Shown one piece after another: positions 15,512 through 24,022 of a stretch of DNA of 31,619 nt (position 1 is its first letter; each line of letters starts with the position of its first letter). The DNA is from a virus (taxonomy: Duplodnaviria > Caudoviricetes). The DNA is taken from the IMG/VR virus record IMGVR_UViG_3300016265_000617, positions 1-31,619 of that record; one strand, given 5' to 3'. The notes beneath the pieces were generated by a model. The model was not told the origin of the DNA and searched no databases. It was given only the letters and a program-made list of their open reading frames with translations. The position numbers were made by a program, and so were the translations under genes.

Positions 15512-16359
15512 CGGCGAGCCGCTACGACCTGCTGCCGCCGAATGCAACGCAGCTTGAGCGGGACTTCAGCCGGTCCATCTCAAGCCTGGAGCGCGCTGGC
15601 AGGCCCGTGCCCGTCATCCGCACGGCGAAGCGGATCGACATTCCTGACGGCGTGGTGCCGTGGCTGGTGTTCGAGTACGGCCTGGGCGAGCTGCTGCCGT
15701 ACATCGAGAGCCAGCGGACGGCGATTGCTGATGGCGTGCCGTGGCAGCGGATCCGCGGCACTCCGCAAGCGCTGCTGACGGCGCTGGAGTGGATTGGCCT
15801 GGACGGTGAGCTCGACGAGAGCGAGGCCGGCAGCGCCCGGTGGGCTGAGTACCAGATCGGGCTGCCGGCCCCCGTGGAGGGTGAGGCCATCATTCGCCAG
15901 ATCATGGGCGTGGCGGAGATCAGCCAGCCGCAGCGCTCGCAGCTGCAGCGGATCTTCAGCGTCTACGACCACCGCCGCTTCGTGCTGGATGACAGTCTGC
16001 TGTCAGAAGGCAGCCCGCTGAGCGACCACACCGGCACCAGGCCGATCCCTGGCGGGCCGCAGATCAGCTTCGGCGACTACCACGCCACGCTGATCGACGG
16101 CGAGCCGACGCTGCAGCTGGCACTCACCCTGGTGCTGGCGGTGGAGGTGCCGTACCGGGACACGTTCCTGCTGGACGACAGCCTGATCGACGAGGACTGG
16201 CACCAGCTGCAGGAGCCGATCGCCCGCACCGACGTCCTTCCAGCCAGCGTCTACTGGGAGGAAGACACGGCGCTGCAGTGGGGCGCATTCCCGTGGCTGG
16301 CTCAGCCGTGGAGCGGCGGACTGGACAGGGTAGGCGGAAGTATCACGACGGTGAGCTGA
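15508..16359 (+). CDS. gpI: Baseplate/tail protein I-like
   Basis: LLPPNATQLE, PWLVFEYGL and WQRIRGTP, directly after J. Confidence 0.85.
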   Translation: MTASRYDLLPPNATQLERDFSRSISSLERAGRPVPVIRTAKRIDIPDGVVPWLVFEYGLGELLPYIESQRTAIADGVPWQRIRGTPQALLTALEWIGLDGELDESEAGSARWAEYQIGLPAPVEGEAIIRQIMGVAEISQPQRSQLQRIFSVYDHRRFVLDDSLLSEGSPLSDHTGTRPIPGGPQISFGDYHATLIDGEPTLQLALTLVLAVEVPYRDTFLLDDSLIDEDWHQLQEPIARTDVLPASVYWEEDTALQWGAFPWLAQPWSGGLDRVGGSITTVS

Positions 16360-16360
16360 C

Positions 16361-16377
16361 TATGATGGCCCGAGGAG
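16361..16377 (+). promoter_or_regulatory. Putative -10 box (TATGAT) plus RBS before the fibre block
   Basis: CTGACTATGATGGCCCGAGGAG closely resembles CTGAGTAGCATGGCCGCGAGGAG at 6536. Confidence 0.45.
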
Positions 16378-16386
16378 ACTGAACCG

Positions 16387-16875
16387 ATGGCTGCAATCCT
16401 GACTCTGGCCGGGCGGGTGGCCATCGCTGAGGCGATCAAGGCCAGCGCTGCCGTTCACATGGCATGGGGGAATGGCGACCCCTCCTGGGGCACGTCGCCG
16501 CCAAGCCCTCCACCGAACACCACAGCCCTGCTGGACGAGGTTGGTCGCCGCCAGGCGGTCGAGGTGTCCTACTGCTCGCCCAACCCGGCGGGCGCGATCG
16601 TGGTACCGAACGGCACCTTCAGCATCAGCGCGACGCCGACCCAGAGCCTGTACTTCAAGTTCTTCTTCGAGTTTGGGGATGCGGTGGGTGAGACCATCCG
16701 CGAGCAGGCGATCTTCCTTAACACCGTCCGCAATGCCGGTGTGTCCCCGTCGCTGGCCTACCTGACGCCGGATCAGATCAGCAACCCAGGTCGCATGATC
16801 GTGCTCCAGCACTCCAACCCAATCCTGCGCGAGGCAACGACTCGCCAGCTGTTCGAGTTCGTGGTGACCTTCTGA
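16387..16875 (+). CDS. Baseplate-associated structural protein
   Basis: MAAILTLAGR, HMAWGNGD..W, EVGRR, IREQAIF and FEFVVTF, the type of gene usually found before DUF4815 genes. Confidence 0.75.
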   Translation: MAAILTLAGRVAIAEAIKASAAVHMAWGNGDPSWGTSPPSPPPNTTALLDEVGRRQAVEVSYCSPNPAGAIVVPNGTFSISATPTQSLYFKFFFEFGDAVGETIREQAIFLNTVRNAGVSPSLAYLTPDQISNPGRMIVLQHSNPILREATTRQLFEFVVTF

Positions 16876-19800
16876 TGACGATCGCGCTGCCCGGCTACTT
16901 CAACCGCTTCGATGCGGCCGACCGCTACGACGAGCTGCTGTTCCGCGCCAGCAAGGGGCTGCAGTCGGCTGAGCTGAACGAGATCCAGAGCACGGTGATC
17001 GACCGGCTGAAGCGGATCGCAGACAGCGTGTTCCGCGATGGCACGGTGATCGAGGGCACGGTGCCCCTGATCAACAAGACCACCGGCGCAACCACCTGCC
17101 CGGCGAGCCGGATCTACGCGCGCGGGGCCGTGCGCGAGGTGCCGGAGCGCAGCTTCACGATCCCTACCACCGGCATCGTGCGGATCGGCATCTTCCTCAT
17201 CAGCGAGGAGATCACCGAGGACGACGACGCGACACTGCGCGACCCGGCACCCGGCACCCGCAACTACCAGGAGCCTGGCGCCGGCCGCCTGCGCGTCACC
17301 CCGCAATGGGGGCATGACGGGGAGGCGATCGACGGCGAGTTCTTCGGCTGCTACCTGGTAACCGATGGTGAGCTGTTCACCCAGACCACAGCGAACACCG
17401 ACAACGCCTTCTTCGAGGCCCTGGCCCGCTACGACCGGGAGAGCAACGGCAACTACATCGTCCAGGGACTGAGCGTGCTGGCGCTGGGCAATGGCGTGTT
17501 CAGCGTGGCCGAGGGCGTCGGCAACATCTTCGGCTACAAGGTGGACAAGCCCGCGGCTTCGCGGCTCACCTACGTGGACGACCCGGACCTGGAGGAGGTG
17601 ACGAGCGAGCCCGATGCCTACACCAACAACACGACGCCGATCCAGCTGAACCGGTATCCGGTGCAGGCCATCACCGAGGTGGTGGCGACGCTGGAGAAGA
17701 CGGTGACGCTGACCCGCGGCGGGGCGGCCGGCGGACAGGATGCGCTGCCGGATGTGTCGGTGGTGAGCATCCTGGAGGTGAAGCAGGGCGGCACCACCTA
17801 CGCCGCGACGACGGACTATTTCCTGAACGGCGACAAGGTGGACTGGAGCCCGGCCGGCGCCGAGCCGTCGCCCGGCAGCACCTACACCGTCAAGTACCGC
17901 TACCTCACGAACGTCACCCCGCAGAACGTCAACCTGAACGCCGGCACATTCACGGTGGATGGCGCGGTGGCTGGCACGCTGATCCTGACCGACTACTTCT
18001 GGAAGCTGCCGCGGTTCGACCGGATCTGCATCAACCGCGAGGGCGGGTTCGTGCGGGTGAAAGGCCTCGCCTCCCGGTACACCCCCCAGGTGCCGGCGGT
18101 CCCCGAGAGCCTGCTGTCGCTGGCCACCGTGGAGCAGAAGTGGCTGGGCACCCCGGCCGTCAGCAACGACGGCATCAAGGCCATCCCGTTTAGCCAGCTC
18201 CAGCAGATGCGGAGCCTGATCAACGATCTGTTCGAGCTGGTGAGCATCGAGCGGCTGGAGCGTGACATCGCCAGCAGTGAGCCGAGCAGCAAGCTGGGCG
18301 TCTTCGTGGATCCGTTCCTCGACGACGACATGCGGGACCAGGGGATCAGCCAGACCGCGGCGATCGTAGGCGGGGTGCTGATGCTCCCCCTGCAGCCGTC
18401 GCCGTTCCTGCCCGGCACGAACAACAGCACCGATCGGCTGCTGCCCTTCACTCAGGAGACGATCCTGCGGCAGGAGCTGGCGACCGGCAACGAGCGCATC
18501 AACCCTTACCAGTCCTTCGACCCGCTGGCGGCCAGCCTGGTGCTGAACCCAGCGGTGGACCGTTGGACCGAGCTGAGCGGATCCACCGCTGAGTTCCGCC
18601 GCCGATCGTGGTGGAACCAGCGCTGGTGGTCGTGGGGCAATGAAATCAACCTGGACGACTTCGAAGCGCCGTCCGATGCGCAGCTGGCGCCATGGATCCG
18701 CGGCCGGCGCCGCTGGCGCAACCTCCGCGGCTTTGAGATCGACCGGCAGCCGGCGGCGTTCATGCGCCAGATCGTGGTGCAGTTCACGCTCAGCGGATTC
18801 GAGGCAGGCGAGACGCTGAGCCAGCTGCTGTTTGACGGCATCAACATCACGCCGAACCCGGCGCCAATCGCCAACAGCAGCGGCGTGATCACCGGATCGT
18901 TCACGATCCCGGCGAATGTGCCGACTGGCGTCAAGGCCGTCACGGCACTGGGCAGCGAGGGCACGTTCGGCGCGGCTGAGTTCCTGGGCGAAGGCGAGGT
19001 CGGCCGGATTCGCCGCCGGCCGGCACGGCGCGTCGACCCGCTGGCGCAAACCTTCCGGCTGGAGCAGTCGCGCTGGATCACCAGCGTCGACGTGCAGTTC
19101 AAGGTGATCGGCGACGAGAGCAACCCCGTCGTGCTGGAGATCCGCGAGGTGGAGCTGGGCCTGCCCAACGCCATCAGCCTGGCCGAGGGCGTGGTCGACA
19201 TGAACACGGTGAGCACCACCGGCTGGACCCGCATCAACCTGGACCGCCCGGTGTGGCTGCAGGCCGAGGTGGAGTACGCGATGGTGCTGCTGAGCGACGA
19301 CGCCTTCCATGCGGTGGCGATCGCGGAAGGTGGCAAGTACGACCCGGTGGCGGAGCAGTTCGTCACCAGCCAGCCCTACACCGTGGGCACGCTGCTCAAG
19401 TCGAGCAACGCCACCACCTGGACGCCGTTCCAGGAGGCAGACCTCACCTTCAAGCTGAACGCAGCGACCTTCACCAGCACCAGCCAGACGGTGGACCTGG
19501 GGCCGATCGCCTTTGCAACCGCCAGCAGCCTCACCCGCACTGGCACCACCGCGACCCTGGCAGCTACCGGCCTGGTGGCGAAGCTGGGTGGCATCACCAC
19601 CGGCGCCACCATCGTGGTGAGCGGTGCGGATCAGGGGGCCTACAACGGCGCCTTCGTGGTGACCGTGGTGGACGCCAACACCGTGACCTTCACCGTGTCG
19701 GGCAGCCCGGTCACTCCGGCGACCGGTACCATCACCGTGGCACCGGGCCTGACGTCTGATCTGCTCACCGTGGCGAACGTGGAGCGGCCGACCAATGCCA

Positions 19801-20282
19801 CGAAGGTGGAGTTCGTCTACACCAAGACCGACGGGAGCACGATCCGCACCGGAGTGGATGGGCGCGCATCGCTGACTGAGCGGATCACCCAGGGCCTGAG
19901 CCTGTCGATGGAGCTCAGCGGCTCTGCGACCGAGAGCCCGTATGTGTTCGCCGGCACCCAGGTGGTGCTGGGCAACACCGCCAACTCCGCCACCTACGTG
20001 TCGCGGGCATTCCCGTGCGCGGCGAACAAGCGGGTGAGTGTGACCTTCGAGGGCTACATCCCGTCGGCGGCAAGCGTGGTGGTGGAGGTGCAGAAGGGCG
20101 ACGGCACGTGGCAGACGGTGGCGCAGACCAGCAGCGCGTCGATCGGCGACGGCTGGGCCGACTACAACCACACCGTGGCGAGCTTCACCGCTGGCGGCTC
20201 GACCACCAGGGTTCGCCTTACCCTGAACGGGACGCCGGCCGCACGGCCGTTTGTCCGCCAGCTTCGTGCGGTGGTGATCTGA
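16875..20282 (+). CDS. DUF4815-family large baseplate/fibre protein
   Basis: YFNRFD, LQSAELNEIQ, EPGAGRL, GVFVDPF.DDDMRD, INPY, DPLAQTF and DLTFKL. Confidence 0.88.
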   Translation: MTIALPGYFNRFDAADRYDELLFRASKGLQSAELNEIQSTVIDRLKRIADSVFRDGTVIEGTVPLINKTTGATTCPASRIYARGAVREVPERSFTIPTTGIVRIGIFLISEEITEDDDATLRDPAPGTRNYQEPGAGRLRVTPQWGHDGEAIDGEFFGCYLVTDGELFTQTTANTDNAFFEALARYDRESNGNYIVQGLSVLALGNGVFSVAEGVGNIFGYKVDKPAASRLTYVDDPDLEEVTSEPDAYTNNTTPIQLNRYPVQAITEVVATLEKTVTLTRGGAAGGQDALPDVSVVSILEVKQGGTTYAATTDYFLNGDKVDWSPAGAEPSPGSTYTVKYRYLTNVTPQNVNLNAGTFTVDGAVAGTLILTDYFWKLPRFDRICINREGGFVRVKGLASRYTPQVPAVPESLLSLATVEQKWLGTPAVSNDGIKAIPFSQLQQMRSLINDLFELVSIERLERDIASSEPSSKLGVFVDPFLDDDMRDQGISQTAAIVGGVLMLPLQPSPFLPGTNNSTDRLLPFTQETILRQELATGNERINPYQSFDPLAASLVLNPAVDRWTELSGSTAEFRRRSWWNQRWWSWGNEINLDDFEAPSDAQLAPWIRGRRRWRNLRGFEIDRQPAAFMRQIVVQFTLSGFEAGETLSQLLFDGINITPNPAPIANSSGVITGSFTIPANVPTGVKAVTALGSEGTFGAAEFLGEGEVGRIRRRPARRVDPLAQTFRLEQSRWITSVDVQFKVIGDESNPVVLEIREVELGLPNAISLAEGVVDMNTVSTTGWTRINLDRPVWLQAEVEYAMVLLSDDAFHAVAIAEGGKYDPVAEQFVTSQPYTVGTLLKSSNATTWTPFQEADLTFKLNAATFTSTSQTVDLGPIAFATASSLTRTGTTATLAATGLVAKLGGITTGATIVVSGADQGAYNGAFVVTVVDANTVTFTVSGSPVTPATGTITVAPGLTSDLLTVANVERPTNATKVEFVYTKTDGSTIRTGVDGRASLTERITQGLSLSMELSGSATESPYVFAGTQVVLGNTANSATYVSRAFPCAANKRVSVTFEGYIPSAASVVVEVQKGDGTWQTVAQTSSASIGDGWADYNHTVASFTAGGSTTRVRLTLNGTPAARPFVRQLRAVVI

Positions 20283-20283
20283 G

Positions 20284-21459
20284 ATGCCGATCAATGACCG
20301 GACAACGGCCCGCAGCTACGCGAAGCCGAATGCTGCGAACCTGCTGAGCGAAGACGTCGAGCGGCTGCGGGAGGCGCTGGACAGCATCGACACGGATGTG
20401 GCGGCGCTGATCGTTGACGTGCTGACGAAGGCGGCGACGGCCAGCCCTCAGTTCACTGGCACGCCTACGGCGCCAACAGCGGCCACCGACACCGACACCA
20501 CCCAGATCGCTACGACGGCGTTCGTCAAGGCGCAAACCAGCGCCAGCACCCCGTTGATGAATGGGACTGGCGCGGCTGGCGTCAGCTCCCGGTACGCGCG
20601 AGCTGATCACGTCCACCCGAGAGACATCACCAAGGCCCCGCTGGAGAGCCCTGAGTTCACCGGCACCCCTACCGCGCCGACGGCGCCGGTGGACACCGAC
20701 ACCACGCAGCTGGCGACCACCGGCTTCGTGGTGGGCCAGGGCTACGTCAAGCAGACGCGGCAGACGTTCGCCGGCACCGGCCTCACCGGCGGCGGCGACC
20801 TGAGCGCCAACCGCACCTTCGCGGCCGACATCGCAACCCAGGCCGAAGCAGAGTCCGGCACAAGCAGCACCAAGCTGATGACGCCGCAGCGGACGGCCCA
20901 GGCGATCACCGCCCGCCGGGCCACCCAGGTCGAGGCTGAAGCTGGCACGAACACCACCCAGCTGATGACGCCCGAGCGCACAGCGCAGGCGATCGCGGCG
21001 CTGGGGCAGCGGCTCAAGCTCGACACCGCCAAGACGGCGAGCAACAGCGGCGTGCTGGAGTTCACCGGACTGCCTTCCTGGGTGAAGCGCATCACCTTGA
21101 TCATCAATGGACTGAGCTGCTCGACCGGTGCCCGCCCGTTGATTCAGCTCGGATCCGGGGCATTCCAGACCTCCGGCTATTCCGCCACGTCCTGGTCGAT
21201 GGGTGAAGGTGACCAATCTGATGGCAGCGGCTTTACTTTTGGGTCGGGCAACAACTTCGACTCGCACACGGGGCAGTTCACATTCACCCTCTTGACCGGA
21301 AACGTCTGGATTGGGTCTGGGATTGTCCGCCTGCAATCCAACGATGTCATGTATCTTGCTGGCGGCATCACACTGTCAGGCGTACTCGACCGGATTCGAT
21401 TAGTGGTCACCCCGGCATTCTTCGATGCCGGCACCGTCAACATCCTCTGCGAAGGCTGA
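20284..21459 (+). CDS. Tail fibre protein
   Basis: N-terminal DVERLREALDSID, SPxFTGTPTAPT repeats, ARADHVHP, TGLTGGGDLS and ATQAEA repeats, with a distinct C-terminal domain. Confidence 0.9.
   Translation: MPINDRTTARSYAKPNAANLLSEDVERLREALDSIDTDVAALIVDVLTKAATASPQFTGTPTAPTAATDTDTTQIATTAFVKAQTSASTPLMNGTGAAGVSSRYARADHVHPRDITKAPLESPEFTGTPTAPTAPVDTDTTQLATTGFVVGQGYVKQTRQTFAGTGLTGGGDLSANRTFAADIATQAEAESGTSSTKLMTPQRTAQAITARRATQVEAEAGTNTTQLMTPERTAQAIAALGQRLKLDTAKTASNSGVLEFTGLPSWVKRITLIINGLSCSTGARPLIQLGSGAFQTSGYSATSWSMGEGDQSDGSGFTFGSGNNFDSHTGQFTFTLLTGNVWIGSGIVRLQSNDVMYLAGGITLSGVLDRIRLVVTPAFFDAGTVNILCEG
20443..20730 (+). repeat. Two 28-codon fibre repeats (20443-20526 and 20647-20730)
   Basis: SPQFTGTPTAPTAATDTDTTQIATTAFV versus SPEFTGTPTAPTAPVDTDTTQLATTGFV. 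Confidence 0.9.
20833..20994 (+). repeat. Two 25-codon fibre repeats (20833-20907 and 20920-20994)
   Basis: ATQAEAESGTSSTKLMTPQRTAQAI versus ATQVEAEAGTNTTQLMTPERTAQAI. Confidence 0.9.
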
Positions 21460-21596
21460 TGGCTGTCCGCTCCAAGACCGGCACCGCCCGGATTGAACAC
21501 CAACCTGGCCCGCCCAAAACCACACGCCAAGGCCAGGGCCAATACTCACGCCCACGTCGCCGCGGCCGCAAAAAGCTCCGCGGCCAGGGCCGCTAG
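21459..21596 (+). CDS. Small basic protein, 45 aa (absent from the ORF track)
   Basis: Hand translation MAVRSKTGTARIEHQPGPPKTTRQGQGQYSRPRRRGRKKLRGQGR. TGATG coupling to the fibre gene; it fills the gap before the sheath. Confidence 0.75.
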   Translation: MAVRSKTGTARIEHQPGPPKTTRQGQGQYSRPRRRGRKKLRGQGR

Positions 21597-21614
21597 ACTC
21601 AACCTGACAGGAGG
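21594..21614 (+). promoter_or_regulatory. Putative -10 box (TAGACT) plus RBS before the sheath gene
   Basis: Same motif; the TAG is also the stop of the 45-aa gene. Confidence 0.45.
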
Positions 21615-21625
21615 ACCGCTCCGCA

Positions 21626-23044
21626 ATGACTACAACCTTCCTTCATGGCGTCGAGGTTCTCCAGATCGACACTGGGGCCCGGCCGATCCAGACGATCCGA
21701 TCTTCGGTGATCGGCATTGTCGGCACTGCGCCCGATGCTGATGCTGACAAGTTCCCCCTCAACACCCCGGTGCTCCTGGCCCGACGGTCCGAGATGGCCG
21801 GCCTGGGCGAAGCCGGCACCCTCTACAAGGCCCTCGACCTGATCTACGACCAGGCCGGCGCCGTGGTGGTGGTGGTCCGGGTGGCCGAGGGCGCCAACGA
21901 AGCGGCCACCATCAACAACGTCCGCGGCGGCATCAACAACAGCACCGGCGCCTACGAAGGTGCTCACGCCTTCCTCGCGGCCGAGAACGAAGTGGGCTTC
22001 GCCCCCCGCATCCTCATCGCCCCGGGCTTCACCCATCAGCGCAGCTCCAACGGCATCCTGTCGATCGCCGTGGCGAACCAGGGCGCCGGTTACACCACCG
22101 CCCCTGCGGTCACCATCAGCGCCCCTGCTGCCGGCGGCAAGCAGGCAACCGCCATCGCGGTGCTCGGCACCGGCGACAACGCCGGCAAGGTGGTCAGCAT
22201 CACCATCACTGACCCCGGCTCGAACTACACCAGCAACCCCACCGTCACCCTGGCGGCGCCCCCCACCGGCGGCACCCAGGCGACCGCCGGCACCATCAAC
22301 CGCGGCGTCGTCCGCTCTGAGGTGCTGGCCGAGATGCTCGGCATCGCCCAGCGCCTGCGCGCGGTGATCATCGCCGACGGGCCCAACACCACCGACGCCG
22401 CGGCCATCCAGATCGCCGACGACTTCGGCTCCGATCGCATCTACGTGATCGACCCCTGGGTGCTCCGTGATGGCGAGAGCGTGCCCGCCTCCCCCGCTGT
22501 CGCCGGCCTGATCAACAAGGTCGACAATGAGCGCGGCTTCTGGTGGTCCCCCTCCAACAACGAGATCAACGGCATCGAGGGCACCGCCCGCGCCATCGAC
22601 TTCACCCTCGGCGACTACACCTCCAGGGCCAACCTGCTGAACGAGGCGAAGATCGCCACCATTGTGCGCGAGCAGGGCTTCCGCCTCTGGGGCAACCGCA
22701 CCCTGGCGATGGATCCGAAGTACGCATTCCTGAGCGTGCGCCGGACCGCCGACATGATCAACGAGTCGATCCTCCGCGGCCACCTCTGGGCGGTGGATCG
22801 CTGCATCACCGCCACCTACCTTGAGGAGGTGCAGGAGAGCGTGCGCTCCTACCTGCGCAACCTCAAGGCCCGCGGCGCCCTGCTCGGCGGTGACGTCTGG
22901 GTGGATCCTGAGCTGAACAGCCCGGAGAACATCGCCAACGGCCAGGTGTTCTTCGACTTCGAGTTCACTCCTCCCTATCCGGCTGAGCGGGTCACCTTCC
23001 GCAGCCACCTGGTGAACAGCTACGTCGTGGACCTGTTCCGCTGA
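21626..23044 (+). CDS. Tail sheath protein (P2 FI-like) with an inserted repeat domain
   Basis: FLHGVEV, FPLNTPV, PRILIAPGF, GFWWSPSN, GFRLWGNRT and PAERVTF. AGGAGG RBS. Confidence 0.96.
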   Translation: MTTTFLHGVEVLQIDTGARPIQTIRSSVIGIVGTAPDADADKFPLNTPVLLARRSEMAGLGEAGTLYKALDLIYDQAGAVVVVVRVAEGANEAATINNVRGGINNSTGAYEGAHAFLAAENEVGFAPRILIAPGFTHQRSSNGILSIAVANQGAGYTTAPAVTISAPAAGGKQATAIAVLGTGDNAGKVVSITITDPGSNYTSNPTVTLAAPPTGGTQATAGTINRGVVRSEVLAEMLGIAQRLRAVIIADGPNTTDAAAIQIADDFGSDRIYVIDPWVLRDGESVPASPAVAGLINKVDNERGFWWSPSNNEINGIEGTARAIDFTLGDYTSRANLLNEAKIATIVREQGFRLWGNRTLAMDPKYAFLSVRRTADMINESILRGHLWAVDRCITATYLEEVQESVRSYLRNLKARGALLGGDVWVDPELNSPENIANGQVFFDFEFTPPYPAERVTFRSHLVNSYVVDLFR

Positions 23045-23076
23045 ACCCATCGCTCGCACACACTGAGGATTGACCC

Positions 23077-23586
23077 ATGGCCCAGATCCCCCGCGTACTG
23101 AAGAACTTCAGCCTGTTCGTCGATGGCCGCGGCCTCGCCGGCACGGTCTCCACCCTGACTCTTCCAACTTTGGCAACAAAAATGGAGGAGTTCCGTGGCG
23201 GCGGCATGGATGCCCCTGTCGAGATCGACATGGGCATGGAGAAGCTGGAGACCAGCTTCGAGCTGTTCGACTACGACGAGAACGTGCTGAGCCTCTACGG
23301 CCTGGCCGATGGCGCTGCCACCCAGCTCACCGCCCGTGGCGCCCTGGTCCGCGATGGCGAATCTGCCGTGGCCATGGTCGTCAACATGACCGGCGTGATC
23401 AAGGGGATGGAGCCTGGCGACTGGGTGGCCGGCGACCAAACCACCATGACCTGCCAGGTAGGCCTGCGCTACCTGAAGATCGTGATCGGCGGCCGTGAGG
23501 TGGTCGAGATCGACAAGGTGAACATGATCCGCCGGATCAACGGCCAGGACCAGCTGGCCACCATCCGCGCCGCAATCGGAGTCTGA
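23077..23586 (+). CDS. Major tail tube protein (P2 FII-like)
   Basis: PRVLKNFSLFVDG, EEFRGGGMD, DMGMEKL and EIDKVNMIRRING.D. Confidence 0.96.
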   Translation: MAQIPRVLKNFSLFVDGRGLAGTVSTLTLPTLATKMEEFRGGGMDAPVEIDMGMEKLETSFELFDYDENVLSLYGLADGAATQLTARGALVRDGESAVAMVVNMTGVIKGMEPGDWVAGDQTTMTCQVGLRYLKIVIGGREVVEIDKVNMIRRINGQDQLATIRAAIGV

Positions 23587-23591
23587 TCTGA

Positions 23592-23867
23592 ATGAGCACC
23601 AAGACCTTGCACCCGAACACCGCCAAGATCGAGCTGGACTTCCCCATCGAGATCAGCGGCGTCGAGGTGAAGCATCTGGTCATGCGCCGCCCCAAGGTGC
23701 GTGACCTGATCGCCGCGCAGAAGACTGGCGGGAGCGAAGCCGAAATGGGTGTCGCGCTGGTCGCCAACCTTTGCGAGATCACCCCCAGCGACGTCCAGGA
23801 ACTGGACAGCGTGGACTGGGATAAGTGCGAGGCGCAGGTCCAGGCTTTCAAGCAGGCCAAGCGCTGA
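23592..23867 (+). CDS. Tail assembly chaperone (gpE-like)
   Basis: IELDFPI, MRRPKVRD, LVANLCE and ELDSVD, between tube and tape measure. Confidence 0.9.
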   Translation: MSTKTLHPNTAKIELDFPIEISGVEVKHLVMRRPKVRDLIAAQKTGGSEAEMGVALVANLCEITPSDVQELDSVDWDKCEAQVQAFKQAKR

Positions 23868-24022
23868 TCGAGGAGCTTCGGCGGGGTGTCGTCATCCTGT
23901 CGAAGCTCACCGGCTGGGGCTTGGCCGACATCCTGGAGCTGGAGACCGATGAGTTCTGGGCGTGGCTTAAAACCGCCCAAGGGATTGAGAATGAAGTAGC
24001 CAAGCAACTGAGGTCGAAATGA
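23846..24022 (+). CDS. gpE'-like extension in the -1 frame (probable frameshift product)
   Basis: ILSKLTGWGLADILELETDEFWAW. The frame overlaps the gpE end, has no ATG, and its stop overlaps the tape measure ATG. Confidence 0.75.
   Translation, partial: FQAGQALIEELRRGVVILSKLTGWGLADILELETDEFWAWLKTAQGIENEVAKQLRSK

Noticed and set aside
16773-20294. 1173-aa minus-strand ORF (also 23848-26385, 4383-6239, 21599-23059, 767-2146 and similar)
   Set aside because: Antisense shadows of well-supported + strand genes. High GC and codon bias suppress stops, and the translations are low-complexity with no motifs.
20443-20994. Repeats as DGR template/variable regions or a CRISPR array
   Set aside because: They are in-frame protein repeats differing mostly at synonymous sites, not specifically at adenines. 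No reverse transcriptase and no repeat-spacer periodicity.
21493-21741. 82-aa ORF between fibre and sheath
   Set aside because: It overlaps the sheath start out of frame; the coupled 45-aa ORF at 21459-21596 explains the interval better.
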